From Felis catus (taxonomy: Eukaryota), in contig NC_058368.1 in assembly GCF_018350175.1 (NCBI RefSeq), positions 206,462,001-206,526,000 of the forward strand: a DNA stretch of 64,000 nt. Direction: 5' to 3'. A model generated the notes under the pieces. That model did no database searches and was not told the origin of the DNA. It saw only the letters and a program-made list of their open reading frames with translations. Positions 47,701 through 59,235 of the stretch are shown here, piece after piece. The translations under genes were made by a program, and so were the position numbers. How positions within the stretch are numbered: position 1 is the stretch's first letter; each line of letters starts with the position of its first letter.

Positions 47701-48297
47701 TCTGTGGCCCATCAAAAAAAAAAATTCACCTAGAGACTAATGTTCAAAGTTCCCTTGTTTCAAGCCATGGAACAGTAGTCATTTGATTAAAAAGCCAGTG
47801 GTTAATTAAAGTGCTAAAGACTTTCTTTGGGAGGGCTCATCTCCTTTGTAGACCTCTGTAGGGTCCTCCTATCTCTTTCCTGAAGAGCACCCTTTACCTC
47901 ACCCTTCTCTAGTAGAATCTGCAAACTTTGCATCCCATCTAATTTTACCCATCTCTTTGTCCATTCCCTTAGGGTCTTGCTCTCTGAAGTTGGCTAATGG
48001 CTAAAGTCATCTGTGCCCAGCGCTAGAGTCTGGAAGTTCAACTTGAATTTTGATAGGCACTTGGCGGAAACAGGGAATTGACTCAAAAGAAAGAGAGAAC
48101 ATTCTGGGACTTTTGACCTTTCTCAGATCAAGTACCCATCCGGACCTGGATTCAGAGGCAGCTCAGAGTAACTCAAACTCTCTTTAGGTGCCTCAAGTGA
48201 GAAGTAGCCAGATGGTGAGCAATTCTCTGAAACCAGACAGAAATTGAGAACAGTGAAATGATTCTTTCTCCTCCCACTACTGGCTGGGAGTTTATTT

Positions 48298-48300
<3 letters not shown>

Positions 48301-48345
<45 letters not shown>
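48301..48345. repeat. (CA)n microsatellite
   Basis: Direct reading. Confidence 0.97.
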
Positions 48346-48347
<2 letters not shown>

Positions 48348-48869
48348 AAGAGCAGGAGACTAATTGTGAATGAAATAAAGAACATCAAAAGAATCTTCCT
48401 AATTAGCTTAAATACTGATTGTTACCATTAGAAAATGAGTCAGCCTAAAAACACATGTAATTGCAGTCTTCCTGTGTTGTGGGAAGCCTAGAGACCGAAG
48501 AACTACATTATTAGCAGGAAAGGACAGGCCATGGTGACATCCATCATAAAGAAGAGATGGTTTTTCCAGCACTGACTGTGGCATGTGACATTTGCTTGAC
48601 TGAATGCAAAGCATTTGATGCCCAGGAGGCTGGTAGTCGTCCCTACACAGCCAGTACATGAGTGGCAAGCACATATTACCACTCCTGCTTGGCAAATGGG
48701 AAACCGAGGAACTGGAAATTGTAATAACTAGAATTGAAGTGAATCATCAAAGTTTAGGGCAAAGTTGTGAGAGAGACTTTGGTGCCCTATTTCTCTTACT
48801 GTGCTCTTTTCCCTCCCTTCTCAATGCTTCTTTCTTATTGCACAGTTCTCCTATTTAAATTTTTCTTGG

Positions 48870-49033
48870 AGGTGAGCCTGGGTGGCTTAGTCTGTTAAGC
48901 ATCCAATTCAGCGCAGGTCATGATCTCATGGTTCTTGAGTTCGAGCCTTGCGTTGAGCCCTGTGCTGACATTTCAGAGCCTGGAGCCTGCTTCAGATTCT
49001 GTGTCTCCCTCTCTCTCTCTCTACCCCTCCCCT

Positions 49034-49083
<50 letters not shown>

Positions 49084-49098
49084 AAACATATATATTTT
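48870..49098 (+). mobile_element. Can-SINE with long (CT)n
   Basis: TSD ttaaatttttcttggag / tttaattttccttggag. Confidence 0.92.
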
Positions 49099-49624
49099 TT
49101 AATTTTCCTTGGAGAAACTGTGTGCTTTTTATACCTCTGTGTGAATGTTAATCATCATCCCCCTTGGAGAGGGCACTTGACTATTAACTCTTATCCCTAA
49201 TAATGATATAAAACTTTTTCAAGAGGCCCTCCTAAACCCTAAATTCGTAAAGAAATTACAAGCATCCATAATTAGCATGAATCTGGTAGAGGAGGAAGGT
49301 AGAAGAAACAGACTCTTTCCTGGTGCCCCTGACATCCTATCGCAGACCTGCCCTGTGTAAGGTGAGATATCTAGGAACAGGTGGAGTAGCAGAGAACAAT
49401 TGGATTTCTTCTGATGATGCAAGTGTGAATGGCTGACTTGCTAAGTTAACGAAAAGAGTTTGTATTATGAGAAATTACTTGAGAAGTATGTGATGCCCAG
49501 ATTGGGGATTATTGATTAGTAGAATTGTCTTAGTTCAATCAAAATACAATAAACAAAACCAATTTGTATGTCATTGCTTCTTCAAATTTTTCTAATTATA
49601 TGGCCCTGGGTAGGTATTTTAATC

Positions 49625-50247
49625 TTAGTAGTGCTGTGAACTTTTGGGCAGTCTTGTGAAGTCTATGGGCCCCTTTATAGAGTAGTACTTTTTTTTTTTT
49701 TTTGAGAGGGCGAGAGAGAGTGTGCACGTGTACCTGAGCAGAAGGGAGAAGGGCAGAGAGAAAGGGAGAGGGAGAGGATCTTAAGCAGGCTCCATGCCTA
49801 GTGTGGAGCTGGTTGCCAAACTCCATCTCATGATCGTGAGATATGACCTGAGCCAAAATCCAGAGATGGATGCTTAACTAACTGAGCCACCCAGGCACCC
49901 TGACAATAGCATTTTTAATACATAAAATCAAACACTTAAAAAACTTCAAAGAAAACCAATACTACTGGAAGACATTAATCAAAATTGTTGAAAATTTGTG
50001 ATATATGCTTTAGTAATGAATTAAAAACAAGATCTAGTGCACAGACATAATGGTTTCATAACTTCATAGTAGTGATGAATACAAATAATATTTTAAGATA
50101 CCTACAACAACTATACTGTGATATTAAAATATTTGAGGTTTCTTTGGAGGTGAAGTTACAAATACCTGAATACCTGTGGCTATTAGTGACTACTGGTCCA
50201 TATTTATAATGGAATGAAATGCTATATTTAATTCAAGGTTGATAAAA
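49625..50247. mobile_element. hAT-Charlie DNA transposon (Charlie4a-like), interrupted by SINE
   Basis: ggcagtcttgtgaagtctatgggcccctt..aaagaaaaccaat..aacaagatctag..gtagtgatga..caacaactatactgtgatat match recalled Charlie4 consensus. Confidence 0.7.
49688..49900 (-). mobile_element. Can-SINE
   Basis: Antisense body ending gccacccaggcaccc. Confidence 0.9.
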
Positions 50248-50314
50248 GGTTTGCAGTAGACTTCTTTGGCTTAACAGTCTATCTACCTCTTTGAGCTGTG
50301 GGTGGTGTTGGAGG

Positions 50315-50540
50315 GAGAACATGGCCTTTGAATCTCAGCTCTGAGTTCAAGTCTCCATGAAGACTTTACTTCCAGCATGTCTCAGCTATTTTAGTTAACC
50401 TTTTGGAATTCAGTTTGCTTTGATTACAATGGGAAAATAGTGAATTCTGCATGAAGTTATTGAACAGACTAAATGATATAATGTATATTTAACATCTAGC
50501 ACAATGCCTGTCATGAAGAGGGAGCTCAGCAAGTAACAAC
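50315..50540 (+). mobile_element. MIR
   Basis: acatggcctttgaatc..tgagttcaagtctc..ctagcacaatgcctg. Confidence 0.6.
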
Positions 50541-51993
50541 TCCGTCTGGACACCTTTTCCCCCACAGCCGAAGGAAAAGCGAAGTAGGTAAGATATTTGT
50601 AAAGATAAGTCTCTCACTAACATCCTAGTCCTGGATAATTCGCTGTCTGAGACAGGGTACATACAGTCTTTTAGTTTCAAGAGAATTTGGGAAGGAAGAT
50701 ACTCTGGAAAATATATTCCATTTTATGCATCTCTAAGCCAAGCCATAAATGTAGCTGTCTAAAATTTCAAGTCTGTAAAATTCAAACAAGTTTTCAGGAG
50801 TTAATTGTTAAAAGGTAATTAAAATTCCAGTGAAATAAGATACCATTTTAGGATTGGGAATGCTGGCTTCTCTGTTTTATGATGATATTAAGGTTTTGGT
50901 AGAGTCCTCATCTTGTCCCATGCAGAACCAAGAGAGGGCTGTCCTACCACTGAGTTCTGCAGGATCTATGTGGAAGAGGAGGACAAAACCCTGGTCTGCT
51001 CAGGAACCTGAGCTGCTCCCTCAAGCCATAGGTCAGACACAAAGCAGCTAATGGACGCAGTGGCCAATTTCAGGTGCTTTGTGGACATCCCTAAACTGAG
51101 TTGATCCACAAGGTATTTCCTGAGTAAAAACTTCTTGAATTTTAGCTTCTTAAGCTGTCAAGAAGTTATTGGATTTTTGGAATTTTTATTGTTACGTATT
51201 CCAGATATCTTAGAATCTAAAAAAATTTATTTGAATTTTAAATGTAAAAAAACAGAACTTATTGTGTGGTATATAAGGCATAAATATTCAATTTAATGAA
51301 ACTTATTTAACTTTTTGTTTTCAGATTTGGGAAGCTACAATCAAGGTCATTTGGGAAGTAGGACCCAGTGTATTAGCATTACCTGTGGGTGTCCACATAG
51401 AGATTTATAGACACAGGAAAGGCTAGATCATGAGAGTGCCCCGTAAAGGCACCACGTTTCACCAGGGAGAAATGCATGCAAGTTACCTCACAAATGTTAA
51501 GAAATATGCCTAATTAATTGTATGGTGCATTTTCCATGGTATTTGCTTTATTCATTTCATGTGCATTTTGATTAAAAATTTTACATTTTATTATCTCTTA
51601 TGTTTTTCAATAAATACAAACCAGGACTGATTTTTTTTCCCTCTTTTTTTCATTCTTCTCAGAGGTGTGGTGAGCATCGAGTAAGATAATAATTTTGCAA
51701 TGCTTATGTCTTGTCCATTTGGGCTGCTGTAACAAAATGCCACACACTGAGTAGCTTATGGATAACAGAAACTTATCTCTCACAGTTCTAGAGGATGGCA
51801 GTCCGAAATCACGGTGCCAGCGTGTCGGGTGAGGGTTCGCTTTCAGGTTATAACTTCTTATATCCTCTAGTGGCAGAAGGGGCTCCTGGAGCCTTTGTTA
51901 TAAGGCACTAATCACCTTCCAAAGGCTCCACCTCCTAATACCATCACCTTTGGGGGTAAGAATTCGACATATGAATTTTGGGAGGACACACTC

Positions 51994-53272
51994 TGTGATA
52001 CTGTGATTTATGAGACATACCTAGTTGGCCGTTTAGATGCCCAAAATATACAGTAGTTCCTCCTTTCTGCAGTTTCGCTTTCTGCAGTTCGTTACCTGAG
52101 GTCAACCTCGGTCCAGAAGCAGGTGATCCCCCTTCTGACATTATCAGAAGGTCAACAGGAGCCTAAGGCTACATCACAATGCCTACATCCTTCACCTCAC
52201 CTCATCATGTAGGCATTTTATCATCTCACATCATCCCAAGAATAAGGGTGAGTACAGTACAATAAGAAATTTTGAGAGAGAGAGAAACCACATTTATGTA
52301 ACTTTTTATCACAGTATATTGTTATAATCTATTTTATTGTTGTTGCTAATCTCTTTGTGTGCCTATTGTATAAATTAAGCTTTATCATAGATATGTATAT
52401 ATAAGAAAAAACATAGTATATATAGGATTCTGTACTATCTGCAGTTTTAGGCATCCACTAGGGATCTTGGAATGTATCCCCTCGAATAAAAGAGGACTAC
52501 TGTATCTCTCATATATATTTAGTCTTTCTCCGCAGTCCCTGGCTCACAGTTCCCCAAACCCTTGGAATTTCCTAAGTGTTGAGAATGACAAAGGTGTCTT
52601 ATGTCATGTTAATGAGACGACCTCTGGAAAGCACCTAAGGCTGGGGGGTGCTTTCCAGGAGAACCAACCTTGTGATCCGGTTGGGACTTTCAAGCAACTC
52701 CCCAACCTCTGGGGAGGGGAGAAGCCCTGGAGGTTGAATTCATCATCAAAGGCCAACAATTTGATCAACCATGCCTATATAATGAAGCCTTCAGGAAAAC
52801 CACAAGGACAGGGTTTGGAGAGCTTCTGGGTCAGTGAATGCATGGAAGTGCTGGAAGAATGGTGTCTTGGATAGAGCATGGGAGCTCGTTCCCCAAGCCT
52901 TGTCCCGTGCAGCTCTTCCGTCTGGTTGTTCTTCAGTTATATCTTCTTATGATAAACAGGAAATCTAGTAAGTAAAATGTTTTTCCGAGTCTGTGAGCTG
53001 CTCTAGCAAATTAATCCAACCCAAGGGAGTGAGACTTGGGAACCTGTAATTTACAGCTGGTTGGTCAGAAGTACAGATAACAGCCTCAGCTTGCAACTGG
53101 CATCTGAAGTTGAGGGTGGCACTCTTGAAGGACTGAACTCTTAACTTGTAGAACCTAATGCTGTCTCTGGCTAGATGGTGTCAGAGAACACCGATGGTGT
53201 CCGAGAATTGCTTGTTGGTATGAAGGGAATCCCCCTCACACATTGAAATTGAGTCCAAGAATCCCAAAAGAC
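51994..53272 (+). mobile_element. MER21-like ERV LTR
   Basis: tgtgatactgtgattt..cctggctcacagttccccaaacccttggaatttcct..ggccaacaatttgatcaaccatgcctat..tctgtgagctgctctagcaaattaatc..ggttggtcagaagtacag. Confidence 0.8.
52051..52502. mobile_element. MER44/Tigger7-type TcMar MITE
   Basis: TIRs CAGTAGTTCCTCC..T / AGAGGACTACTG, TA TSD on both sides, MER44B-like body. Confidence 0.9.
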
Positions 53273-53459
53273 GCTCAGACATAGCAACTTAATAAACAGA
53301 ATTATCTGATTGCTATTGACATTATGTTATAAATAGGTGTTCTCTCTTAAGAAGATGGTTTATTTAAAAAAAAAAGATGAATTATTTTATTACATGATTA
53401 TCCAGCTATGGCATTCAAATTGGTGTTGCTTTGAATGATTTTATAAGATACTCTTTTTG

Positions 53460-54112
53460 CTTTTTTAAAAATAGATTTCTTATTTTAGAATAATTTTAGT
53501 TTTATAAAAATATTGGGAAGATAGTACAGGGAGTACCCATACACCCTACACTCAGTTTCCCATCTTGACATCTTACATTAATATAGTATATCTGTTATAA
53601 TTAATGAACTAATATTGATGCATTGTTATTAATTAAAGTTCATAGTTTATTTAAATTTCCTTAGTTTTTATCTTACATCCTTTTTCTGTACCAGAATCTC
53701 ATCGAGGATACCACATTGCATTTAGTTGTCATGTTTCCATAGGCAGTTCTTGGCTATGACAGCCTCAGCTTTCTTTGTTTTTGAACACCTTGCTAGTTTT
53801 TTGGAATACTGGTCAGGTATTTCATAGAATGCCATCTGTTGGATTTGTGTGATGTTTTTCTTGTGATTAGATTGGAGTTGTGGGTTTTGGGAGGAAGGTC
53901 ACAGAGATAAAACCAATTTTTAAATCATATTATATCAAAGGTCCATACTATCAACATGATTTATCACTATTGATACTGACCTTGATCATCTGGCTGAGGT
54001 AATGTAGGTTAGGTTTCTCCACTGTAATTTTGGTGCTAGTTGTGCTTTTCATTACTGGTGTATTGTTGCTTTTAGGTCTTCTCTGCCAATGGAGTAAGGA
54101 AAGATATGCTTA

Positions 54113-54143
<31 letters not shown>

Positions 54144-55105
54144 TTATATATTATATATTGTGCATATTTATAACATCTGTGACTATTTCTATGTGTAACC
54201 ATTATGTGTCTGTATTAAGCTAAACATGAGTGCATGCTGGTATCTCCAATTCTTTTTTTTCTTTTAATTAATTAATTTAAGAGAGAGAGAGAAAGAGAGA
54301 GAGAGCACGCACGCAAGTGGGGGAGGGGCAGAGAGAGGAGAAAGAATCCCAGGCAGGCTTCATGCTGTTAGCAGCAGAGCCTGACTCAGGGCTTGAACTC
54401 ACCAATGGTGAGATCGTGACCTGAGCCAAGATCAAGAGTCGGATGCTTAACTGACTGAGCCACCCAGGTGCCTCTGGTATCTCCAGTTCTAACCAGTTAT
54501 TAAATAGATCATTCTAGGCTTTTCCTCTTGCTCTTCCAAAACTTCCCACACCAACATTGGGAAACCTGGTTCCCACTATTCATCCATTTATTTATTGTTC
54601 CATTACAGTACACATGTATGGCAGTATCTGAATGATTATCCCTTACTCTTATACTCCTATGGGAAATAACTCTGTCACTTACAGTGCTTATAAGCCATTT
54701 GTTTTGCCTTTAGTCTTATAGACTCCACTCATTTCTATATTTACTTAAGTCAGCACTTCTTCCCCTTGACTCCCTTCCAGTGAGGTTGTTTCATACATTT
54801 GTAATACAGTTAGATTTTCTTGTCATGGTCTGATTCTTTCCTGATACCTCCAAATCTTCTAAATGATTTTTTAAAACTTCTATATACACTAAAGTTTATT
54901 CTTTGTTCTATAAAGTTCTATGGGTTTTGACAAACTCATAATGTCACGTATCTACCGTTACAGTGTTAGAATAGTTTTACTGCCTGACCAGATCCCCAGG
55001 TGCATCAATATTCAGTCCTTCTCTTCTCCCTCTGAATACCCTGGCAGCCATTAGCTTTTTACTATTTACTCACCAGAATGTCTCATAGTTGAAATCATAT
55101 AGTAT
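53460..55105 (-). mobile_element. L1MC/MD-like long 3'UTR fragment, interrupted by SINE
   Basis: gatagtacagggagtacccatacaccc..aggataccacattgcatttagttgtcatg..aaagttctatgggttttgacaaa. Confidence 0.85.
54253..54474 (-). mobile_element. Can-SINE
   Basis: TSD TGGTATCTCCA(A/G)TTCT. Confidence 0.93.
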
Positions 55106-55129
55106 GACTCTCTCTACTTTTTAAAAATT

Positions 55130-55563
55130 AGTAAATAAAGGTCCCAAAGCCACACTTTTTTAAAACAGGAGAAAAGGATACATATTGATTTAATACAAGT
55201 TTTATATGGCACGGGAGCCTTCACAAGGAAATGAAGACCTGAAAAAACAGAGTTGAATATTGCTCTGGTGGTTTGATGAAGAATGGACAGTTGTAGAGAA
55301 ATATGATAGGTTAAAGAGTATGAGGTAAGTGTCATACTCTGGGGGAAACTCAGCAAACCTATTTGGATTCCTTTCAGTGTCCCTTTGTCTTCAAAGATAA
55401 GGATGCTCCTTTCTTCCAAGTATAGGGAGGCACCTCTCACATGAGGGTTTTAGGACCTGAGTGACCTTCCTGCTTCTGCCATTTTTTTTCAAAATGTCTT
55501 CACCTTAAAATATTTAATATGCCAAGGTACCACATTTGGAGTAGCATGTCCTGAACCCCATCA
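55130..55563 (-). mobile_element. ERV1-class LTR (MER34-like)
   Basis: Reverse complement starts tgatggggttcaggacatgctactccaaatgtggtaccttggcatattaaatattttaag, like MER34 5' end. Confidence 0.75.
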
Positions 55564-56010
55564 GCTGCCGTAACAAAGTATCACAGCCTTGGTGGTTTAA
55601 ACGACATAAATGTATTTCCTCACAGTTCTGGAGGCTACAAGTCTGAGATCAAGGTGTCGACAGTGTTGGTTTCTTCTAAAGCCTCTCTGCTTGGCTTGTA
55701 CGTGGCTGTGTTCTTGCTGTGTCCTCGTATGACTTTTTCTCTGTGCATGTGCATTGTTGATGTCTCTTTGTGTGTCTTAATCTATCTACTCTTTTAGTTA
55801 TGTACACCAATCAATCATATTGGATTAGAGTCCGGCCTAATGACCTCATTTAACTTAATCACCTCTTTAAGGACCCTATCTCCAGCAGGTGCCTGGGTGG
55901 TTCAGTCGGTTAAGCATTGGACCCTTGATTTTGGCTCAGGTTATGATCTTGCAGTCGTGGGATTGATCCCCTCCTCAGACTCTGTGCTGACAGAGTAGAG
56001 CCTACTTGGG

Positions 56011-56072
<62 letters not shown>

Positions 56073-56253
56073 CCCTCCCCCCCACTCATGTGCAAGTTTT
56101 CTCACCAACGCCCCATAAATAAACTTAAAAAAAAAAGATTCCAAGACCCTATCTCCAAATACAGTCCCATTCTGAGGTATGGAGGGGTTAAGGCTTCAAC
56201 ATTTGAATTTTATTTATTTTTTTGGTGGGGAGAGGCACAATTCAGCCTGTAAC
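55564..56253 (-). mobile_element. MLT1B-like MaLR LTR, interrupted by SINE
   Basis: gctgccgtaacaaagtatcacag..ctcacagttctggaggctacaagtctgagatcaaggtg..cacaattcagcctgtaaca. Confidence 0.85.
55888..56140 (+). mobile_element. Can-SINE with long (CT)n
   Basis: TSD a(g/a)gaccctatctcca. Confidence 0.92.
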
Positions 56254-56449
56254 ATATGCCTTACCACCTGGTCAGAATTTCTTCATTAGAGATAATTTCT
56301 ATTTCTCTTACCTTACTTTGAGCCCTGTCTCACCTTCTGTGGAGATGAAGACTAGAATAGTATTCCCCAAACAGTAACCTTTCATTGGTCTATGTGAGAT
56401 GATTCAATCTCTTTCTCAGCAAACTGTTTTATTCCTTTCACTTAAAAAT

Positions 56450-56650
56450 AATTTTATTTTATTTGACTGTAGTTGAAACACAATTTTATGTTAGCCTCAG
56501 GTACAACATAGTTTCAACGGTTAATATTATGCTGTACTCACAAGTATGGCTACCATGTAACTGGAAACCTGTATCTCCCACTCCCTTTCATGCATTTTGA
56601 TCATCCTCCCACCTCTCCCCTAACTCTGGCAACCATCCAGTTTATTCTTT
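56450..56650 (-). mobile_element. L1 3' end fragment
   Basis: gttagcctcaggtacaacatag..ccctaactctggcaaccatccagtttattct. Confidence 0.7.
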
Positions 56651-56684
56651 GTGCCAAACCCACGCTTTTAAAAATATACCTTCA

Positions 56685-56905
56685 GGGGCGCCTGGGTGGC
56701 TCAGTCAGTTAAGCATCCGACTCTTGATTTCAGCTCAGGTCGTGATCTCACAGTTTGTGAGATCCAGCCGTGTTGGGTTCTGTGCTTACAGCACAGAGCC
56801 TACTTGGGGTTCTCTGACTCTCTCTCTCTTCCACCCCCCCCATCCCTTCCCACGTGTGTGCACACACACGTGCTCCCTCCCTCTCAAAATAAATAAAGTA
56901 AAAAA
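56685..56905 (+). mobile_element. Can-SINE
   Basis: TSD aatataccttca / tatataccttca. Confidence 0.92.
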
Positions 56906-57072
56906 TATATATACCTTCAACTACAATTTTCTAAAGAGCATCTTGTCATTTAGAGACACTTGGTGTGAAGAAATGTAAAAAAATTAAAGCACATTTTATT
57001 ATAAATTTTTATGAGTCAAGAGAAATAACTAGAATTATATTGCTGATTATTTTCCTTAAAACTGTTGAGATA

Positions 57073-57295
57073 GGGGCGCCTGGGTGGCTCGGTCGGTTGG
57101 GCGTCCAACTTTGCTCAGGTCATGATCTCACAGTAAGTGAGTTTGAGTCCCGCATCAGGCTCTGTGCTGACAGCTCAGATCCTGGAGCCTGCTTCGGATT
57201 CTGTGTCTCCTTCTCTCTCTGCCCCTACCCCACTTGTGCTCTGTCTGTCTCTCTCTCTCACACAAAAATAAATTAAAAAAAAACAAAAACAAAAC
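57073..57295 (+). mobile_element. Can-SINE
   Basis: TSD AAAACTG(T/G)TGAGATA. Confidence 0.93.
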
Positions 57296-57718
57296 AAAAC
57301 TGGTGAGATAGCTTTTTAAGGTTAAATATGTATTTTCTCTAGTTTAGCTTTTCAAACTCTGTTCTCCTTCTCCCCACAGCCCCAAAGCACTGAGGCTTAA
57401 ATGGAACTTAAAATTGTGAGTCGTAAAATTGATCCAAGAAAGGATTTCCAGGTTATTTCCAAGTTACCACCAAACACAACAGGAGGTATAATTTCTTGGC
57501 AGAGCACAAGCGAGGTGGTCTTGTGCTCTTGGAATGAAGTGGACAGTGACAAGCATCACTGTCCCTGGTGACACCCGTACTGCCAACTACAGCAGGCAGC
57601 TTTTTTCTTTTCATCCTCCCTGGTTTCTCAGCAGTGATTGATCAGATGAGCACTCCTCACCTCTGCAAAGCTTTTCCTCTCTTCCCTTCGAGTCCTTATA
57701 TTGTCCTGTTGTCCTTCT

Positions 57719-57947
57719 TCTTCTTTTTTTTTTTTTTTAATTTTTTTTTAACGTTTATTTATTTTTGGGAGAGAGACAGAGCATGAACGGGGGAGGGGCA
57801 GAGAGAGAGGGAGACACAGAATCGGAAACAGGCTCCAGGCTCCGAGCCATCAGCCCAGAGCCCGATGCGGGGCTCGAACTCATGGACCGCGAGATCGTGA
57901 CCTGGCTGAAGTCGGACGCTTAACCGACTGCGCCACCCAGGCGCCCC
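57719..57947 (-). mobile_element. Very young Can-SINE (SINEC_Fc)
   Basis: Perfect 17-bp TSD TGTCCTGTTGTCCTTCT 57702-57718 / 57948-57964; CpGs intact. Confidence 0.96.
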
Positions 57948-58065
57948 TGTCCTGTTGTCCTTCTATCTTCCTGCCGCTCCTTCGCTCCTTCGCAAGAGCG
58001 TCTTGAGGCCCTTAAAGTTCCATCCTAGGCCGCGTTCTCTTTTGTGGTTGCCCTCTCTCTCTCTT

Positions 58066-58270
58066 CCTTTTTTTAAGTTTATTAATTTTGAGAGAGAGAG
58101 AAAAGGAGCGAGCAGGGAAGGGGCAGAGAAAGGGAAAGAGAATCCCAAGCAGGCTCCGCACCATCAGTGCAGAGCCTAATGTGGGGCTCAAACTCCTGAA
58201 CGGTGAGATCATGACCTGAGCTGAAATCAAGAGTCCGGACGCTTAAATGACCCAGCCACCCAGGTGCCCC
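58066..58270 (-). mobile_element. Can-SINE
   Basis: TSD tggttg(c/t)cctctctc. Confidence 0.92.
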
Positions 58271-58829
58271 TCTGGTTGTCCTCTCTCAGTGATGTTTTCA
58301 TTCCCAGTCTTCAAGCTCTACATGCTTGTTACAAGACTCCAGTTTGACCTCTCAATCTTATGCTCTACATTTCTTAAAGCTTTAGATACTGAATTATTCT
58401 GAAAAGTAGAGAGGCCTTATTGCCAAGGGAAGGGGCAAATTTTAAAATCTGTTTTCTTGCAGTGGCCTTTCAAGTGAGTTCTTAGGCCTCAATTAACTTA
58501 GATATTTCCTCTGGGAAATATCTATACAATTGTAAGTTTTTGTCAGGAAGTTATTTCTACTTATCATTGTTTTTCAACTTCCTTTTTGGGCTATGAATTA
58601 GTTTATAAGCATGCTGAAAGGAATCATCTGCAGTTATGCTTCTGGCCAAAAATATTTGTTTTGACCACTTACAGGAACTCTATCAATAGGTATCAGAAAT
58701 ATTGGTTACTTTGTGTCTTGGACAGGTGGCCTTAAACTGCATATTAGTTCATGGCATTTAGGTAGCCTTCTGCTAGCACAGTATCTCCAACCTTGGCTAG
58801 ACACTGTGATTACACAGAAAGCTTTTTTT

Positions 58830-58955
58830 AAAATTTTATTTATTTTTAACAATTTTTTTCAAGTTTTCTTAATAATCTCTACATCCAATGTGGGGCTCAA
58901 ACTTACAACCCCAAGATCAAGAGTTGCATGCTCTACTGACTGAGCCAGCCAGACG
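58830..58955 (-). mobile_element. Short carnivore tRNA-SINE
   Basis: taatctctacatccaatgtggggctcaaac..ctactgactgagccagccag. Confidence 0.85.
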
Positions 58956-59007
58956 AACCCCCCAACCCTTTTTTAACAAATTTTTAAGACGATTTTGATA
59001 CAGGAAG

Positions 59008-59235
59008 CTTTTTATTTTTTTTTAATTATTTTTTTTAATGGTTATTTATTTTTGAGAGAGCCAGAGACAGAGCACAAGCTGGGAGGGGCAGAGAAAGAGG
59101 GAGACACAGAATCCGAAGCAGGCTCCAGGCTCTGAGCTGTCAGCACAGAGCCTGACATGGAGCTCAAACTCGTGAACTGTGAGATCATGACCTGAGCCAG
59201 TCAAACGCTTAACAAACTGAGCCACCCAGGCACCC
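59008..59235 (-). mobile_element. Can-SINE
   Basis: Full antisense body. Confidence 0.93.

Larger units (their letters stand above)
51707..53286 (-). mobile_element. MLT1A-like MaLR LTR (51707-51993 plus 53273-53286) split by nested insertions
   Basis: tgtcttgtccatttgggctgctgtaacaaaatgcc...tatgaattttgggaggacaca | ctcagacatagca; TSD GCTTA / ACTTA. Confidence 0.85.

Noticed and set aside
52467..52874. 135-aa ORF
   Set aside because: Lies entirely within MER44/MER21 repeat sequence.
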